NCBI GenBank assembly: GCA_038821645.1
Contig: JAWBDT010000001.1
Location: 1 to 64,000 of the forward strand
DNA: 64,000 nt
Direction: 5' to 3'
DNA from: Ignisphaera sp.
Lineage (GTDB): Archaea > Thermoproteota > Thermoprotei_A > Sulfolobales > Ignisphaeraceae
The translations under genes were made by a program, and so were the position numbers. A model generated the notes under the pieces. It did not search any database, was not told the DNA's origin, and worked only from the letters and a program-made list of their open reading frames with translations. Positions 20,867 through 31,160 of the stretch are shown piece by piece (the stretch's first letter is position 1; every line of letters begins with the position of its first letter).

Positions 20867-21877
20867 ATGTCTTGGAGTTACGCTAAAGCAGGTCTAGATT
20901 TGTCTAAACACAAATCTATGCATAACTATGTGTTAGAACTTTTAGAAAGATTAGCTAAAGATCTTGGTGTAGAGATAAGCGGTTTAGGAGGTTATGGTGC
21001 AGCCATAAAGATTGGTAGTTATGAAATGATGCTTCATGTTGATGGTGTGGGGACAAAGACCATTGTGCTTGAGAAACTTGGTAAACTGAAGGTGGCTGGA
21101 TGGGATTGTGTTGCTATGAATGTAAATGATGTTGTATGTGATGGTGGTATACCTATTGCGCTTGTAGACTATATATCTATGCCTAGAGATGATGTCGAGA
21201 TATTTAGAGAAGTTATAGATGGTTTAGTAGAGGCTGCAAGGATAGCTAAAGTACCTATTCTTGGTGGCGAAACAGCTATTTTAAGAGATCTAGTTAGTGG
21301 TGTAGATGTTGTTTGTACAGTATTAGCCATTAAAAAGAACTTTGTTAATGAGGCTAGAGTAGGAGATATCGTTATAGGTATAGAGAGTTGGGGTCTTCAT
21401 GCAAATGGCTACACATTAGTTAGAAGAGTTCTAGAAAGTAGTGGTTATCATGAGTACAGAGGTGTTATTGATGATGTAGATCTAGGTGAGGAACTTTCGA
21501 AACCTACAGCAATATACTCAAACCTAGTTCTAGAGTTAATTACGTACAATCTAGTTCACAGTATTGCCCACATAACTGGTGGTGCTTATACAAAAGTGAA
21601 ACGAATACTAAGAGAAACAGATATGGTTCTAGATATGCCGAAACCTCCAAAGATATTTGAGGTAATCATGAGGTTAGGCAATATATCTATTGAGGAAATG
21701 TATAGGGTCTTCAACATGGGTATAGGTATGATTATAACAACATCTCTCGAGAATCAGGAAGAGGTCTTAAAAATTGTAGAGAGATATGGATTTAAGGCAC
21801 ACATTCTTGGTAAAGTTGTTACCGGAGATGGTAAAGTAAGGCTAAAGCTGTTTAACAACACGTTACTCATATTCTAG
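20867..21877 (+). CDS. purM: phosphoribosylformylglycinamidine cyclo-ligase (AIR synthetase)
   Basis: 'HVDGVGTK', 'VAMNVND', 'GGETA', 'GLHANG', 'HITGG', 'FNMGIG'; start moved to MSWSY. Confidence 0.96.
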   Translation: MSWSYAKAGLDLSKHKSMHNYVLELLERLAKDLGVEISGLGGYGAAIKIGSYEMMLHVDGVGTKTIVLEKLGKLKVAGWDCVAMNVNDVVCDGGIPIALVDYISMPRDDVEIFREVIDGLVEAARIAKVPILGGETAILRDLVSGVDVVCTVLAIKKNFVNEARVGDIVIGIESWGLHANGYTLVRRVLESSGYHEYRGVIDDVDLGEELSKPTAIYSNLVLELITYNLVHSIAHITGGAYTKVKRILRETDMVLDMPKPPKIFEVIMRLGNISIEEMYRVFNMGIGMIITTSLENQEEVLKIVERYGFKAHILGKVVTGDGKVRLKLFNNTLLIF

Positions 21878-21893
21878 ATCTAGAGCACTAGAG

Positions 21894-22307
21894 TTACTTG
21901 TTGTAGGTGTTTTTTCTATCCAGATACGTCTTTACAAGTTTCTCTACCCTAATATTGGAAACAAAACTCTTATGTGGACGAAGACCACCACTAAAGCTCT
22001 TAGGTATGTGGAGAAGCTCGTGAACAATTACATAGATCTTCTCTTTAAAACTAAGTGAATCGAAATTTTCAGATACAATCTCTATAATATACATGGGCTT
22101 GATATTCATTACATAGATCCATATCCTTGGAAGTCCATGGATTCGTGCAATAGCCCTGGTTCTCGAGTTTCGTGATCTAATGAAGTACACTCTTGATAAG
22201 TCTATGTACCAAAAATGGTCTTTCAGAGTCTCGACTATATCTGTAGCGAGCTTCTTGATATCTTCTGCATGGGTATATACTACCCTATTCTTACTCAATT
22301 TAGACAA
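21894..22307 (-). CDS. putative small HExxH metallopeptidase
   Basis: 'AIARIHG', 'YIIE..SENFD.L', 'VHELLHIP...GGLRPH'. Confidence 0.75.
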   Translation of the reverse strand: MSKLSKNRVVYTHAEDIKKLATDIVETLKDHFWYIDLSRVYFIRSRNSRTRAIARIHGLPRIWIYVMNIKPMYIIEIVSENFDSLSFKEKIYVIVHELLHIPKSFSGGLRPHKSFVSNIRVEKLVKTYLDRKNTYNK

Positions 22308-22422
22308 CCTGATAAATTTAATATGATGCTTGATATAGTAGGTATATTACTGTATTCGTCGGTAGTATATAGTGTGTAGTTGAGTATCGATTAGATTAAA
22401 AATTGTTGTATCTGTCTATCGT

Positions 22423-23055
22423 TTGGGTATGCATATGGTTGAAGTAATGTATGTATCGTGGAGAGACGTTATAGATCTGTGTTACAAGATAGCTATAGAT
22501 GTAGCTAACTCTGGCTATGAACCTAATGCTATTGTAGCTATACTCAGAGGTGGTGTAGTTCCAGCATTAGTTTTAAGCGATATACTTGGTGTTGAAGAGT
22601 TTTACGCTATAAGAATTAAACACTGGGGTATAGCTAAAGAAGTCTACACAATTCCTTTAGTTGAACAGCTACCCCAAAGAAAGCTTCAAGGAGTCAAAGT
22701 GCTTCTGGTTGATGAAGTTGCTGATACAGGTAAAACTCTTGTTAAGGCTGTTGAAGAGCTTAAGAAATTAGGTGCATTAGAGGTTAAGACAGCTGTTCTC
22801 CACCTTAAATCATCGTCTATCGTTATACCTGACTACTATGCAGTAAAGCTTGATAAATGGGTATGGATATTCTATCCATGGTCTCTAGCTGAAACACTAT
22901 TCTCTTTAGCTTATAGAGAATTGGGGAATAAAGCAAATAGAGAAGATGTTATAGCGATAATAGAACAGCTTGTAGAAACACTAGATGTAGAACACTATAG
23001 ACGTGAAGTAATAGAAACAGCGCTAAAGTTTTACGCAAAGAGACAGTTTGAATAA
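22423..23055 (+). CDS. type I phosphoribosyltransferase (purine PRT-like)
   Basis: 'AILRGG', PRPP loop 'VLLVDEVADTGKT', 'PDYY', 'WIFYPW'. Confidence 0.9.
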   Translation: MGMHMVEVMYVSWRDVIDLCYKIAIDVANSGYEPNAIVAILRGGVVPALVLSDILGVEEFYAIRIKHWGIAKEVYTIPLVEQLPQRKLQGVKVLLVDEVADTGKTLVKAVEELKKLGALEVKTAVLHLKSSSIVIPDYYAVKLDKWVWIFYPWSLAETLFSLAYRELGNKANREDVIAIIEQLVETLDVEHYRREVIETALKFYAKRQFE

Positions 23056-23090
23056 ACACATTATAAATCTTTAAAGTATTAGGGCGAGAT

Positions 23091-23378
23091 ATGCGTAAAC
23101 ACAGGATCTATAGACAAGGGGATCTAATACTCATAGAGGAAAATGATGTACCTCTAGAGTATATGGATAAAGAAAGCAATAGACTTGAGATCTCATCTGA
23201 AAATGGAAATAAACATGAACTTTCGTGTAAGGTATACAGATGGAACAACATTAAATATGTGTTAATAGATAGTGTAGAAATATTGAAGCATCCTCAACAT
23301 CCTTGGCTAGCGATTGAACCAGGAATCTACAGGGTGACATTTGTGAGAGATTATGTTCTAGAAAGAGCCATGGATTAA
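23091..23378 (+). CDS. 'RQGD' His-rich small protein (uncharacterised family)
   Basis: 'YRQGDLIL...GNKH...LKHPQH..L.IEPGIYRV..VRDY'. Confidence 0.7.
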   Translation: MRKHRIYRQGDLILIEENDVPLEYMDKESNRLEISSENGNKHELSCKVYRWNNIKYVLIDSVEILKHPQHPWLAIEPGIYRVTFVRDYVLERAMD

Positions 23379-23403
23379 CAAACTCTGAGGTATATGCATC
23401 GAT

Positions 23404-24345
23404 ATGTTTTGTCACATAGGTTTAGGGAAAGCTTACGAAAGATCGTATGAATTTTTTCTATCATCTGTAGTAACGAGTAGTGGAGCTAAGAAGAAGTATA
23501 TAGATATAGTTAGGATAGAAGGTTTTCTAGGCTATCCCTATAGACTTCTCATAGAGAAATTCAGAAATAACATCATACATAGCTACAGATATAGCCATAG
23601 ACAATACTACGTCTTTCCACAAGAGTTCTACACACTTTTTGTCTCATTCTTTAAATTACTAAATAACCTGTATAGACTGTATAAGAGAGATCTAGATAGA
23701 GTGTTTAGACGAATTGAAAATATAATTAATTATTGTGAAAACATTGAAAAGTGTTACAAAAAGCTTCTAGATGAAAACTATTCTGTAGCTGAAGAAATTG
23801 TAAAGAAGATTCAAAAAGGTAGAAAGGCATTAACAACAAGATTAGAGAGAAACACTAAGCGATGTATTGATAAAGCATTAACCTATTTTCCAGAAATTCT
23901 AAACATGTATACCTATAGATACAGATCTCCAGAAAATCTAAAAGAATTTCTATTAAAGATTTTCCCAGAAAGAATTGCTAGAGCTTATCACGATTTCATT
24001 ATAATGCATAACCCTGTAGTTGTTGCTAGAGACGAACTGATACTTATAGCGAGAGATAGTTATGATGAATTCGATAGCTTTAGGATCTATATAGATGATT
24101 GTGTTGATAAAGAACACTACTTTTTACTGAAAATGGTTGGAACACTTACACTAAACGGTTATGTGAGTAGAATAAAATGGGTAGCGCTTCTAGGTTACGA
24201 TAAGAATTCTAATCAGATATTCTTACACTACGTACCATCCACAATGGTTCTGTATAACGTCGAGAAGTGTAGATTATGGTTACTAGGACTTGTAGATAGC
24301 TTTGGGAGAGAGTTTTTCTCTAATTTCGAGTTAATAGAGGTATAG
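23404..24345 (+). CDS. hypothetical protein, C-terminus reminiscent of DUF6745
   Basis: 313 aa; C-terminal 'GYDKNSNQIFLHYVP...CRLWLLG'; co-oriented 25 nt after the RQGD gene. Confidence 0.55.
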   Translation: MFCHIGLGKAYERSYEFFLSSVVTSSGAKKKYIDIVRIEGFLGYPYRLLIEKFRNNIIHSYRYSHRQYYVFPQEFYTLFVSFFKLLNNLYRLYKRDLDRVFRRIENIINYCENIEKCYKKLLDENYSVAEEIVKKIQKGRKALTTRLERNTKRCIDKALTYFPEILNMYTYRYRSPENLKEFLLKIFPERIARAYHDFIIMHNPVVVARDELILIARDSYDEFDSFRIYIDDCVDKEHYFLLKMVGTLTLNGYVSRIKWVALLGYDKNSNQIFLHYVPSTMVLYNVEKCRLWLLGLVDSFGREFFSNFELIEV

Positions 24346-24446
24346 AAAGGAGTTATAGATTCATTGATACTCGTTTCTTCATTAGCTCACTCTATATAGC
24401 TTAGTTCTTGATTACTTTTAAACTCTGTAACTCAGTATTTCTGTAA

Positions 24447-25163
24447 GTGTGTAGTATGAGTGACAAACTTAAGAAAGAATTTGACGAAACCATAGATAGA
24501 ATTAAGAGAGAGATAGAATCTCTATCCAAGAGAATTGATGAATATATGGAGAAAGGAGATGTATATAGAGCCTATAGAGCGTGGAGAGATGGTGTTCTCA
24601 ATTCCCTTAAAATACTTAGAAAAGCCTTAGATCATGTTGTAGAGAATATTAAGGAAATCAATGTAAGTGAAGAAGAGTTAAAAGACTTTGCTCTCCACAT
24701 AAGAGATAGTGTTAGAGATATTATAAATAGAATTGAAGAATTAGGAGAAAGAATTAGAGAATCAAGAGGTAAGAGACATATACATGTATGGTACACCTTT
24801 AAACCATTCAAACATGTTTTTCATGGGATTGCTGGTGCTGTTGATTTAACAGTTGACAGGATCTTAGATAGTGTTGAAGAGCTTGTTGAGAATATCGAGA
24901 AAGCTCTTGAAGATGTAGGTAAAAAAGTTACTCAAGTAATTTCGGTAAGAATTAAGGAACAAGATCTAGAGATTATAGATAAGTTAGTAGATGCAGGTAT
25001 ATTTAAGAGTAGAAGTGAGGCTATAGCATATTTTGCTAGAAAAGGTATTGAAGCTAGTAAAGAGTGGATTGAAAAAGCTTTAGAACAAGCTAAAAAAATC
25101 AAGGAACTACAAGATTCTATAAGAAAGGAGATAGATCAATATAGAGAAGATGAAGAACAGTAG
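24447..25163 (+). CDS. coiled-coil protein with C-terminal ribbon-helix-helix (CopG-like) domain
   Basis: 'QVISVRIKEQDLEIIDKLVDAGIFKSRSEAIAYF'. Confidence 0.8.
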   Translation: MCSMSDKLKKEFDETIDRIKREIESLSKRIDEYMEKGDVYRAYRAWRDGVLNSLKILRKALDHVVENIKEINVSEEELKDFALHIRDSVRDIINRIEELGERIRESRGKRHIHVWYTFKPFKHVFHGIAGAVDLTVDRILDSVEELVENIEKALEDVGKKVTQVISVRIKEQDLEIIDKLVDAGIFKSRSEAIAYFARKGIEASKEWIEKALEQAKKIKELQDSIRKEIDQYREDEEQ

Positions 25164-25334
25164 TTTTATAGAATTCATAGAGTTTCGTGATCAGAGATAG
25201 TAAAGTATTATACTTTGTTTAGTGTAATAAAACTATGTAATTATGTACTCTATACTGGTTCACATAGTATAAACCCTATACAGTGTGGTATATGGATAGC
25301 TATATCATTGAAATATATGATGAATGGTGAATAT

Positions 25335-26048
25335 ATGGTTATAGATAAAGATTTAAATAAGATTGTAGATGTCTTTGAAGTGTATGAGGAGATAGCTGAA
25401 GGATTTAGTTCTTGGAGAATAAAGCCATGGCCCATAGCTGTACTTGGTAAAAGTAGAGGGGGGATAATAGTTGATCTAGGGGCAGGATCATGCATCAATG
25501 GAATTTATGTATATTCTTTTGGAGGAAAATATATCTTATGTATCGATGTATCTTACACTATGGGTTTTTTGAGTAGAAGAAGTCTATTGAATAGAGATGT
25601 TGTAGGAGACTCTATAGCCGGTGATATGCTTTTCATACCAATAAAAGATAATTCTGTTGATGTTGTTTTGGCTATAGCTTCTATTCACCATATACCTAGC
25701 AAGTTTATAGATAGAGTTTTTGCTGAGATAGTTCGTATCTCAGTTAATGGAGCTTTGCTAATCATTACCTCTTGGTCTTGGAGACAACCAAGATTTGTTA
25801 TACCGACACTTATGAATATTATTCTAAAACTCTTTGGATTAGTTAAAAGTATAAGAGAATATAGAGTTCCGTGGAGAAAGAGAAAGAAGACGCTATATAG
25901 ATACTACTATCTTTATACACTTGATGAGCTTCTCAAGTTATGCAGAAAGCATAAGCTTAAGGTTCTAAGCTATGGATATACAGGCTATCTTAGAAACAAA
26001 AGTGATAACATATTTATTGTAGCGAAAGTTGTCAAAAATTATGGTTAG
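25335..26048 (+). CDS. trm9: Trm9/ALKBH8-like tRNA (cm5U34) methyltransferase
   Basis: 'VYEEIAEGFSSWRIKPWP', 'DLGAG', 'IASIHH', 'VPW...RYYYLY..DEL'; start set at MVIDK after a GGTGA SD. Confidence 0.75.
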   Translation: MVIDKDLNKIVDVFEVYEEIAEGFSSWRIKPWPIAVLGKSRGGIIVDLGAGSCINGIYVYSFGGKYILCIDVSYTMGFLSRRSLLNRDVVGDSIAGDMLFIPIKDNSVDVVLAIASIHHIPSKFIDRVFAEIVRISVNGALLIITSWSWRQPRFVIPTLMNIILKLFGLVKSIREYRVPWRKRKKTLYRYYYLYTLDELLKLCRKHKLKVLSYGYTGYLRNKSDNIFIVAKVVKNYG

Positions 26049-26114
26049 GTTTCTCAAGACATGTTGATGTATTTTGATACATCGATTTTAGCTAGATACA
26101 AGCTACAGTAGCGC

Positions 26115-27548
26115 TTAGTTCAATTGTTTTACCATATATGGAGAATTATATGGTCTAGTGTAACCCAATCTCCTATAGTATTCTCTTGCACCTACACCTG
26201 ATAGAATAAGCATCTTTGTGCAATTGAATTCATATCTAGCTATTTCCTCAGCTACAGCGAGAAGTCTTGATCCCCATCCCCTATGTTGCCAAGAATCTTC
26301 AGCTCTAGAACCTATAGGTACTTGAAGTCCATATACGTGTAGTTCTCTAACAATAGCAGTTCTACTATCTACTTCAACTCTATGGGCATACATAGACGGT
26401 ATCCTAAGCCTAAGCAATCCTACGAGTACACCTCTGGCACTATCTTCTGCAGATAAGAATACCTCTATTCCTTTACTAGCTTCATATACTTCCTTAACTA
26501 TCTCGATATTAACAGGTTTAATACCTCTATAGAATTCCTGTCTACCTACTTCTCTAAACCTAATCTCCTTAATTTCTATTCCTTTCTCAAGAACTCTTTT
26601 TTCAACGAGTTCACGAAGATTAGCTTTCTTAGGTCCAGCAACAATAAGTTGTGCAGGTATATCTCTCTGTATCCTCATAACCCTTACCCATCTAGGTATA
26701 TACCTATAGAATTCAGAAACCAACTCAATAGCTTCTTCATCTGAAAGAGCTTTATACTCACCTCTTCTCCACATATCGTAGAGTTTTGTTCCTTCAACAA
26801 CAAGTGTCGGATATATCTTAAGCATATCTGGTCTAAAGTCAGGATTCTCGAATATCTCTCTAACCATCTGTATATCTCTATCTAGATCAGATCCTGGAAG
26901 ACCAGGCATGATGTGGTAGACAACCTTATATCCAGAATCCTTCAATATTCGCGTAGCTTCAATAGTATCTCTAACACTATGACCTCTACCTATACGCTCA
27001 AGAACGTCATCGTATATGCTTTGAACACCTATTTCAACTTTTGTAGCACCTAGTCTAAGCATATGATCCACATGTTTCTCTCTACACCAATCAGGTCTTG
27101 TCTCAAGTGTAAGACCAACAATTCTTATCTGTGCTTTCTCATTTCTAGTGTGAGCTTCTTCAAGAGATGGAAGTCTCTCTGGTCTAGGATTAGGATATCT
27201 ATTAGCAGCTTCATATATGTTGATTATAAACCATTCTTGATAATCTAGCGGCATAGCTGTAAATGTTCCACCCATAACTATGACCTCAACTTTACTAGGT
27301 ACATGGCCTATTGCCTCATATTGACTCAACCTTAGTTGCATTTGTAGATAGGGATCAAAATTTGTCTGTAAACCCCTCATGAGTGCAGGTTCGTTGCCTA
27401 TGTAACTTTGTGGAGTACCTTGATCAGGTCCTCCTGGACAATAGATACATTTTCCATGAGGACATGGGTAAGGCTTAGACATAACAGCTACAACTGTTAT
27501 TCCAGATAGCATTCTCGTAGGTCTTCTGATTTTCTTCTCTATAGACAT
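26115..27548 (-). CDS. elp3: Elp3 tRNA U34 carboxymethyltransferase (radical SAM + KAT)
   Basis: 'CPHGKCIYCPGG', 'ETRPD', 'KIYPT', 'RIQRDIP', 'RELHVYG', 'QHRGWG', 'GVGAREYY'. Confidence 0.97.
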   Translation of the reverse strand: MSIEKKIRRPTRMLSGITVVAVMSKPYPCPHGKCIYCPGGPDQGTPQSYIGNEPALMRGLQTNFDPYLQMQLRLSQYEAIGHVPSKVEVIVMGGTFTAMPLDYQEWFIINIYEAANRYPNPRPERLPSLEEAHTRNEKAQIRIVGLTLETRPDWCREKHVDHMLRLGATKVEIGVQSIYDDVLERIGRGHSVRDTIEATRILKDSGYKVVYHIMPGLPGSDLDRDIQMVREIFENPDFRPDMLKIYPTLVVEGTKLYDMWRRGEYKALSDEEAIELVSEFYRYIPRWVRVMRIQRDIPAQLIVAGPKKANLRELVEKRVLEKGIEIKEIRFREVGRQEFYRGIKPVNIEIVKEVYEASKGIEVFLSAEDSARGVLVGLLRLRIPSMYAHRVEVDSRTAIVRELHVYGLQVPIGSRAEDSWQHRGWGSRLLAVAEEIARYEFNCTKMLILSGVGAREYYRRLGYTRPYNSPYMVKQLN

Positions 27549-27658
27549 AAACTTCTATTACCTCCCTAAAAATACTCTATCTATTGAGTCTCTTATGTCA
27601 ATGCACTTTTTAAACTAGCGTTATGGAGCATATTTAAACTATTTAAACTGTTTATCTC

Positions 27659-28675
27659 TTGACAATATATGGTTGTTTCAGTATGCGGAAAGTGTATAGA
27701 CTTCAAGCAATAGGAGGCTCATACTATATAGCTTTACCTAAAGAATGGCTTAAGAGATTCGGCTTAGGCAAAGGATCACATGTAGAAGTAGTAGTAGAAG
27801 ATGATGGTACACTAAGGATAAAGCCTATTGAGATACAGGAAGAAGTTCAAGAAGAGTTATCGAAGATAGAGGTAGAGGTTCAAGAGAGAGAAACACTATT
27901 CTCACTCTTAATCACGTTATATCTCAGAGGATACGATATTATATCGCTTAGGTTTAAGGGAAGCACAATAGCTTCAACTATAAGAGATGCAGTAAATAGG
28001 GCTAAGAACATACTTCTTGGATTTGAAATAGTTGATGAAGACAGTTTCAGCATAGTTCTCCAGGTTTTATCTTCAAGTGATACCGAAATCCATACACTCA
28101 TTAAAAACATGTGTAGAATAGCGAGATCAATGTATCTAGACTCTATAGTAGCCCTTATTGAGAGAGATGCTGAAAAAGCATATTCAGTTGAAGCAAGAGA
28201 TCAAGACCTAAATAGACTCTACTTCTATATAACACGAGTAATAAGGAAGAAAGTTATATCAGGTATTGTTGAACCTAAAGAGTTGCTAAAGCTTGTAGAT
28301 CTGAGAATGGCTGTAAAAGCTGTAGAAGAAATAGGTGATGATGCTAAAAGAGTTGCAAAAATAGTTCAAGAAGTTATATTAAATGATATAGAGATCGATA
28401 TAAACAACATAGAGAGGTTGAAGATGTATGTCGACGAACTAGATGAGATATACAGAAATACTATGAATAAGATAGAGAAAGTAGTACCACTTCCAGAGTT
28501 GCTCGAATCTCTATATAGATGTGAAAAAATTAGGACAGAGCTATCCAATTTCAGAAAAGATTTAGTAGAGAAAGATCCGAAAGCTCTTACGCTACTAAGC
28601 GAGGTAATATATAGCTATGAAGATATAGCTACACATGTATACGATATCATAAGTTTAATCCATTCATCGATATAG
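27659..28675 (+). CDS. phoU: archaeal PhoU-family regulator with N-terminal AbrB domain
   Basis: 'RLQAIGGSYYIALPKEW', 'LYLRGYD', PhoU repeats. Confidence 0.88.
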   Translation: MTIYGCFSMRKVYRLQAIGGSYYIALPKEWLKRFGLGKGSHVEVVVEDDGTLRIKPIEIQEEVQEELSKIEVEVQERETLFSLLITLYLRGYDIISLRFKGSTIASTIRDAVNRAKNILLGFEIVDEDSFSIVLQVLSSSDTEIHTLIKNMCRIARSMYLDSIVALIERDAEKAYSVEARDQDLNRLYFYITRVIRKKVISGIVEPKELLKLVDLRMAVKAVEEIGDDAKRVAKIVQEVILNDIEIDINNIERLKMYVDELDEIYRNTMNKIEKVVPLPELLESLYRCEKIRTELSNFRKDLVEKDPKALTLLSEVIYSYEDIATHVYDIISLIHSSI

Positions 28676-28864
28676 CTTGTTTCTCTACATAATCTATAGA
28701 TATCTAGATTTAGAATAATTTTCTTCAAGATGTAGCTTTAACAAAGTGCATCTCTATTTGTTATATGTACAATAATTATAAGTTAAATTGAGGTAAAGTT
28801 GAATCAAGAGCTAAAGTAGTTAATTTCCCATATTTGTTTGATGTAACTACATACCTCCGGCTAA

Positions 28865-29518
28865 TCAGCTAGACACTAGTTTACCATTCCTAAGAAATAT
28901 CTTCCTATCTATACCTATATCTGTTATGTTCTCTATGTGAGATGCTATTACTATACCTACTCCTTCTTCACGAAGATCTGATAATATCTCGATGATTTTT
29001 CTCTTTTTCTCTTCATCAAGATTTGCGAAAGATTCATCAAGAAACAGCATCTGTGGTTGTACTACGAGAGCACGTGCTATTGCTACAAGTTGTGCCAAGC
29101 CTATAGAAAGTTTGTGTACAGGATGGTCAGATAGATTAGCTATTCCTAATCTATCGAGCATATCTCTAGCTATTCCTATAGCTTTATCCTTATTGATACC
29201 TCTTAACGTTAATCCAAAGATAATGTTATCAATGACACTTCCCTTGATAAGTATGGGTTTCTCATGAACATAGACAACATGTCTACGAATCATAGTTCTA
29301 GTTTTTTCATCTAGTTTCCAGAAATCTTTTCCATTGATAATCACATAGCCTTTTGTAGGTCTATATATAAGAGACGCTATTTTCATGAGCGTTGTTTTGC
29401 CACTTCCATTAGATCCCACTATATGTACTACTTCATTAGTTCTGAAAACTACTGATATATTTTCTAAGACCCATTCTTTATCATACCTATAATACACATT
29501 ATTTAGCTCTATATCCAT
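28865..29518 (-). CDS. tupC: tungstate ABC transporter ATPase
   Basis: GSNGSGKTT and LDES; operon context; deviant signature LSIGLAQ. Confidence 0.8.
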   Translation of the reverse strand: MDIELNNVYYRYDKEWVLENISVVFRTNEVVHIVGSNGSGKTTLMKIASLIYRPTKGYVIINGKDFWKLDEKTRTMIRRHVVYVHEKPILIKGSVIDNIIFGLTLRGINKDKAIGIARDMLDRLGIANLSDHPVHKLSIGLAQLVAIARALVVQPQMLFLDESFANLDEEKKRKIIEILSDLREEGVGIVIASHIENITDIGIDRKIFLRNGKLVSS

Positions 29519-30156
29519 GCTATACGAACCCTAGTCAAAAGCTTAACAGCTATAGATATCGATACAGTTAGCAGAAGAAGTATTAAACCTAGAGCTATAG
29601 CTTCTTCAAATTCTCCTTTAGCAATTTCTAAAGCTATAGCTGTGGTCATTACACGTGTGTAACCCTTTATATTTCCACCAATCATCATAGCTATACCTAA
29701 TTCGCCAATAGCTCTAGAGAAACCCATTATACATGAAGCTATAATACTGGATATAGATTGATTTAATACAAACAATGTCTTCTGGTATTTATTTGCTCCA
29801 AGAGATAAAGCTAGCTCACTATATAACATGGCTACATCTTTCAAAGATCTATAGATAGTTGAAACTATAAGTGGTGTGATTAGTATTGATTCACCGATTA
29901 TTATAGCAGTTGGTGTATAGAGGAGCCTTAAAGATCCTAGAGGACCTGAAGAACTGAAGAGCATGTACAGCAAGAGACCTAAGACTACTGTTGGTATACC
30001 TACAAAAGCTTCTGTTAAAGCTTCAACTATATATCTATTCCTAAATCTGAAAGTAATTATGTATGCTAGCGGTATGCTCCATAGGCATGATAAAAATGTG
30101 GCCGTACCAGCTATGTAGATAGATCTAAATACAGTACCCATAAAATCATTGATCAT
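29509..30156 (-). CDS. tupB: tungstate ABC transporter permease
   Basis: 'PTVVLGL', 'SGPLG.L.LLYT', 'GELG.AMMIGGNIKGYTRVMTTAI'. Confidence 0.9.
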   Translation of the reverse strand: MINDFMGTVFRSIYIAGTATFLSCLWSIPLAYIITFRFRNRYIVEALTEAFVGIPTVVLGLLLYMLFSSSGPLGSLRLLYTPTAIIIGESILITPLIVSTIYRSLKDVAMLYSELALSLGANKYQKTLFVLNQSISSIIASCIMGFSRAIGELGIAMMIGGNIKGYTRVMTTAIALEIAKGEFEEAIALGLILLLLTVSISIAVKLLTRVRIAWI

Positions 30157-31060
30157 CTATTTTCCCCAAGGCTTGAGTTCTCCATATATTTAAAACCATA
30201 TCTTCTTGATCTTTAACAGGTGTAAATATTTTTGTGCCAAATAATGTACAGAATTCCTCTACAATATTTTGATTAATGTATAAGAATTCTTGAAATAGTT
30301 CTGTATATCTCTTTTCAATACCTCTACAATTTGTAGCTATATATGTGCTGTAGATATTTAGTGATGCGTAATCAGAAGTATTGGTATATAGAATAACGAT
30401 ATTACTAAGTCTATTCTTTCTCTTTAAAATTTCATAGGTACCAACATCAGCAAATGTATATGCTTCTAACTCATCAGCTAAAAGAAGTGCTTGATCAGCT
30501 CCACAGCCACACTCTATATACCATTCACCCTCTAGTCGAGAAACATTAGATATTCTCCATAGATACCTCTCTCTCATACATGTTCCAGATCTATCGGCTC
30601 TACTAACGAATTTAGTTAAACCTTTTTGTGTCGCTATGTATATTCTTTGAAAAGCGTCAACAAAACTCTTGGATCTCGAGACATTTGCTGGATCACTACT
30701 AGGACCAATAATTACGAAGAAATTGTATACAAACGGTTTATGTCTATCGATTACCCCTAGTTTTAGGTATTCAGCTTCTAGCTCAGGAGCATGAACTATA
30801 ACCATACACACATCACCTCTTTTTGCATATTCTAGTGCAGCACCACTACCTACAGCTATAAAAACAATCTCTACGTTTGGATATAGCTTTCTGAATGTAT
30901 TTGCCATATACTCGAGTAGTCCTGTGGTATATAGTGATGTTGTTGTTGCTATCCTTACTATGATTTTTGAATTACTTCTATCAATAAGATAGTATGTACC
31001 TACAACCAGTAGAGAAATCGATATTAGAATAACTATTATCTTTATCCATAGCCTCATCAT
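30146..31060 (-). CDS. tupA: tungstate ABC transporter substrate-binding protein
   Basis: TupA 'ATTTS' motif, 'VGSGAAL', 'VHAP', 'FVSRADRSGT'; N-terminal TM anchor. Confidence 0.9.
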   Translation of the reverse strand: MMRLWIKIIVILISISLLVVGTYYLIDRSNSKIIVRIATTTSLYTTGLLEYMANTFRKLYPNVEIVFIAVGSGAALEYAKRGDVCMVIVHAPELEAEYLKLGVIDRHKPFVYNFFVIIGPSSDPANVSRSKSFVDAFQRIYIATQKGLTKFVSRADRSGTCMRERYLWRISNVSRLEGEWYIECGCGADQALLLADELEAYTFADVGTYEILKRKNRLSNIVILYTNTSDYASLNIYSTYIATNCRGIEKRYTELFQEFLYINQNIVEEFCTLFGTKIFTPVKDQEDMVLNIWRTQALGKIDDQ

Positions 31061-31102
31061 CTCTGCCTATGAATGGTATAGCTATGGTGATAAGGTATTA
31101 AC

Positions 31103-31135
31103 TATATCGCTATCTGTAAAACCGATAACGATATA
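31103..31135. promoter_or_regulatory. ModE-box-like palindromic operator between tupA and modE
   Basis: TATATCGCTATC-N9-GATAACGATATA, an 11/12 inverted repeat resembling ATCGNTATA...TATANCGAT. Confidence 0.7.
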
Positions 31136-31160
31136 AAAACCTTAACAATATTTAAAACTT

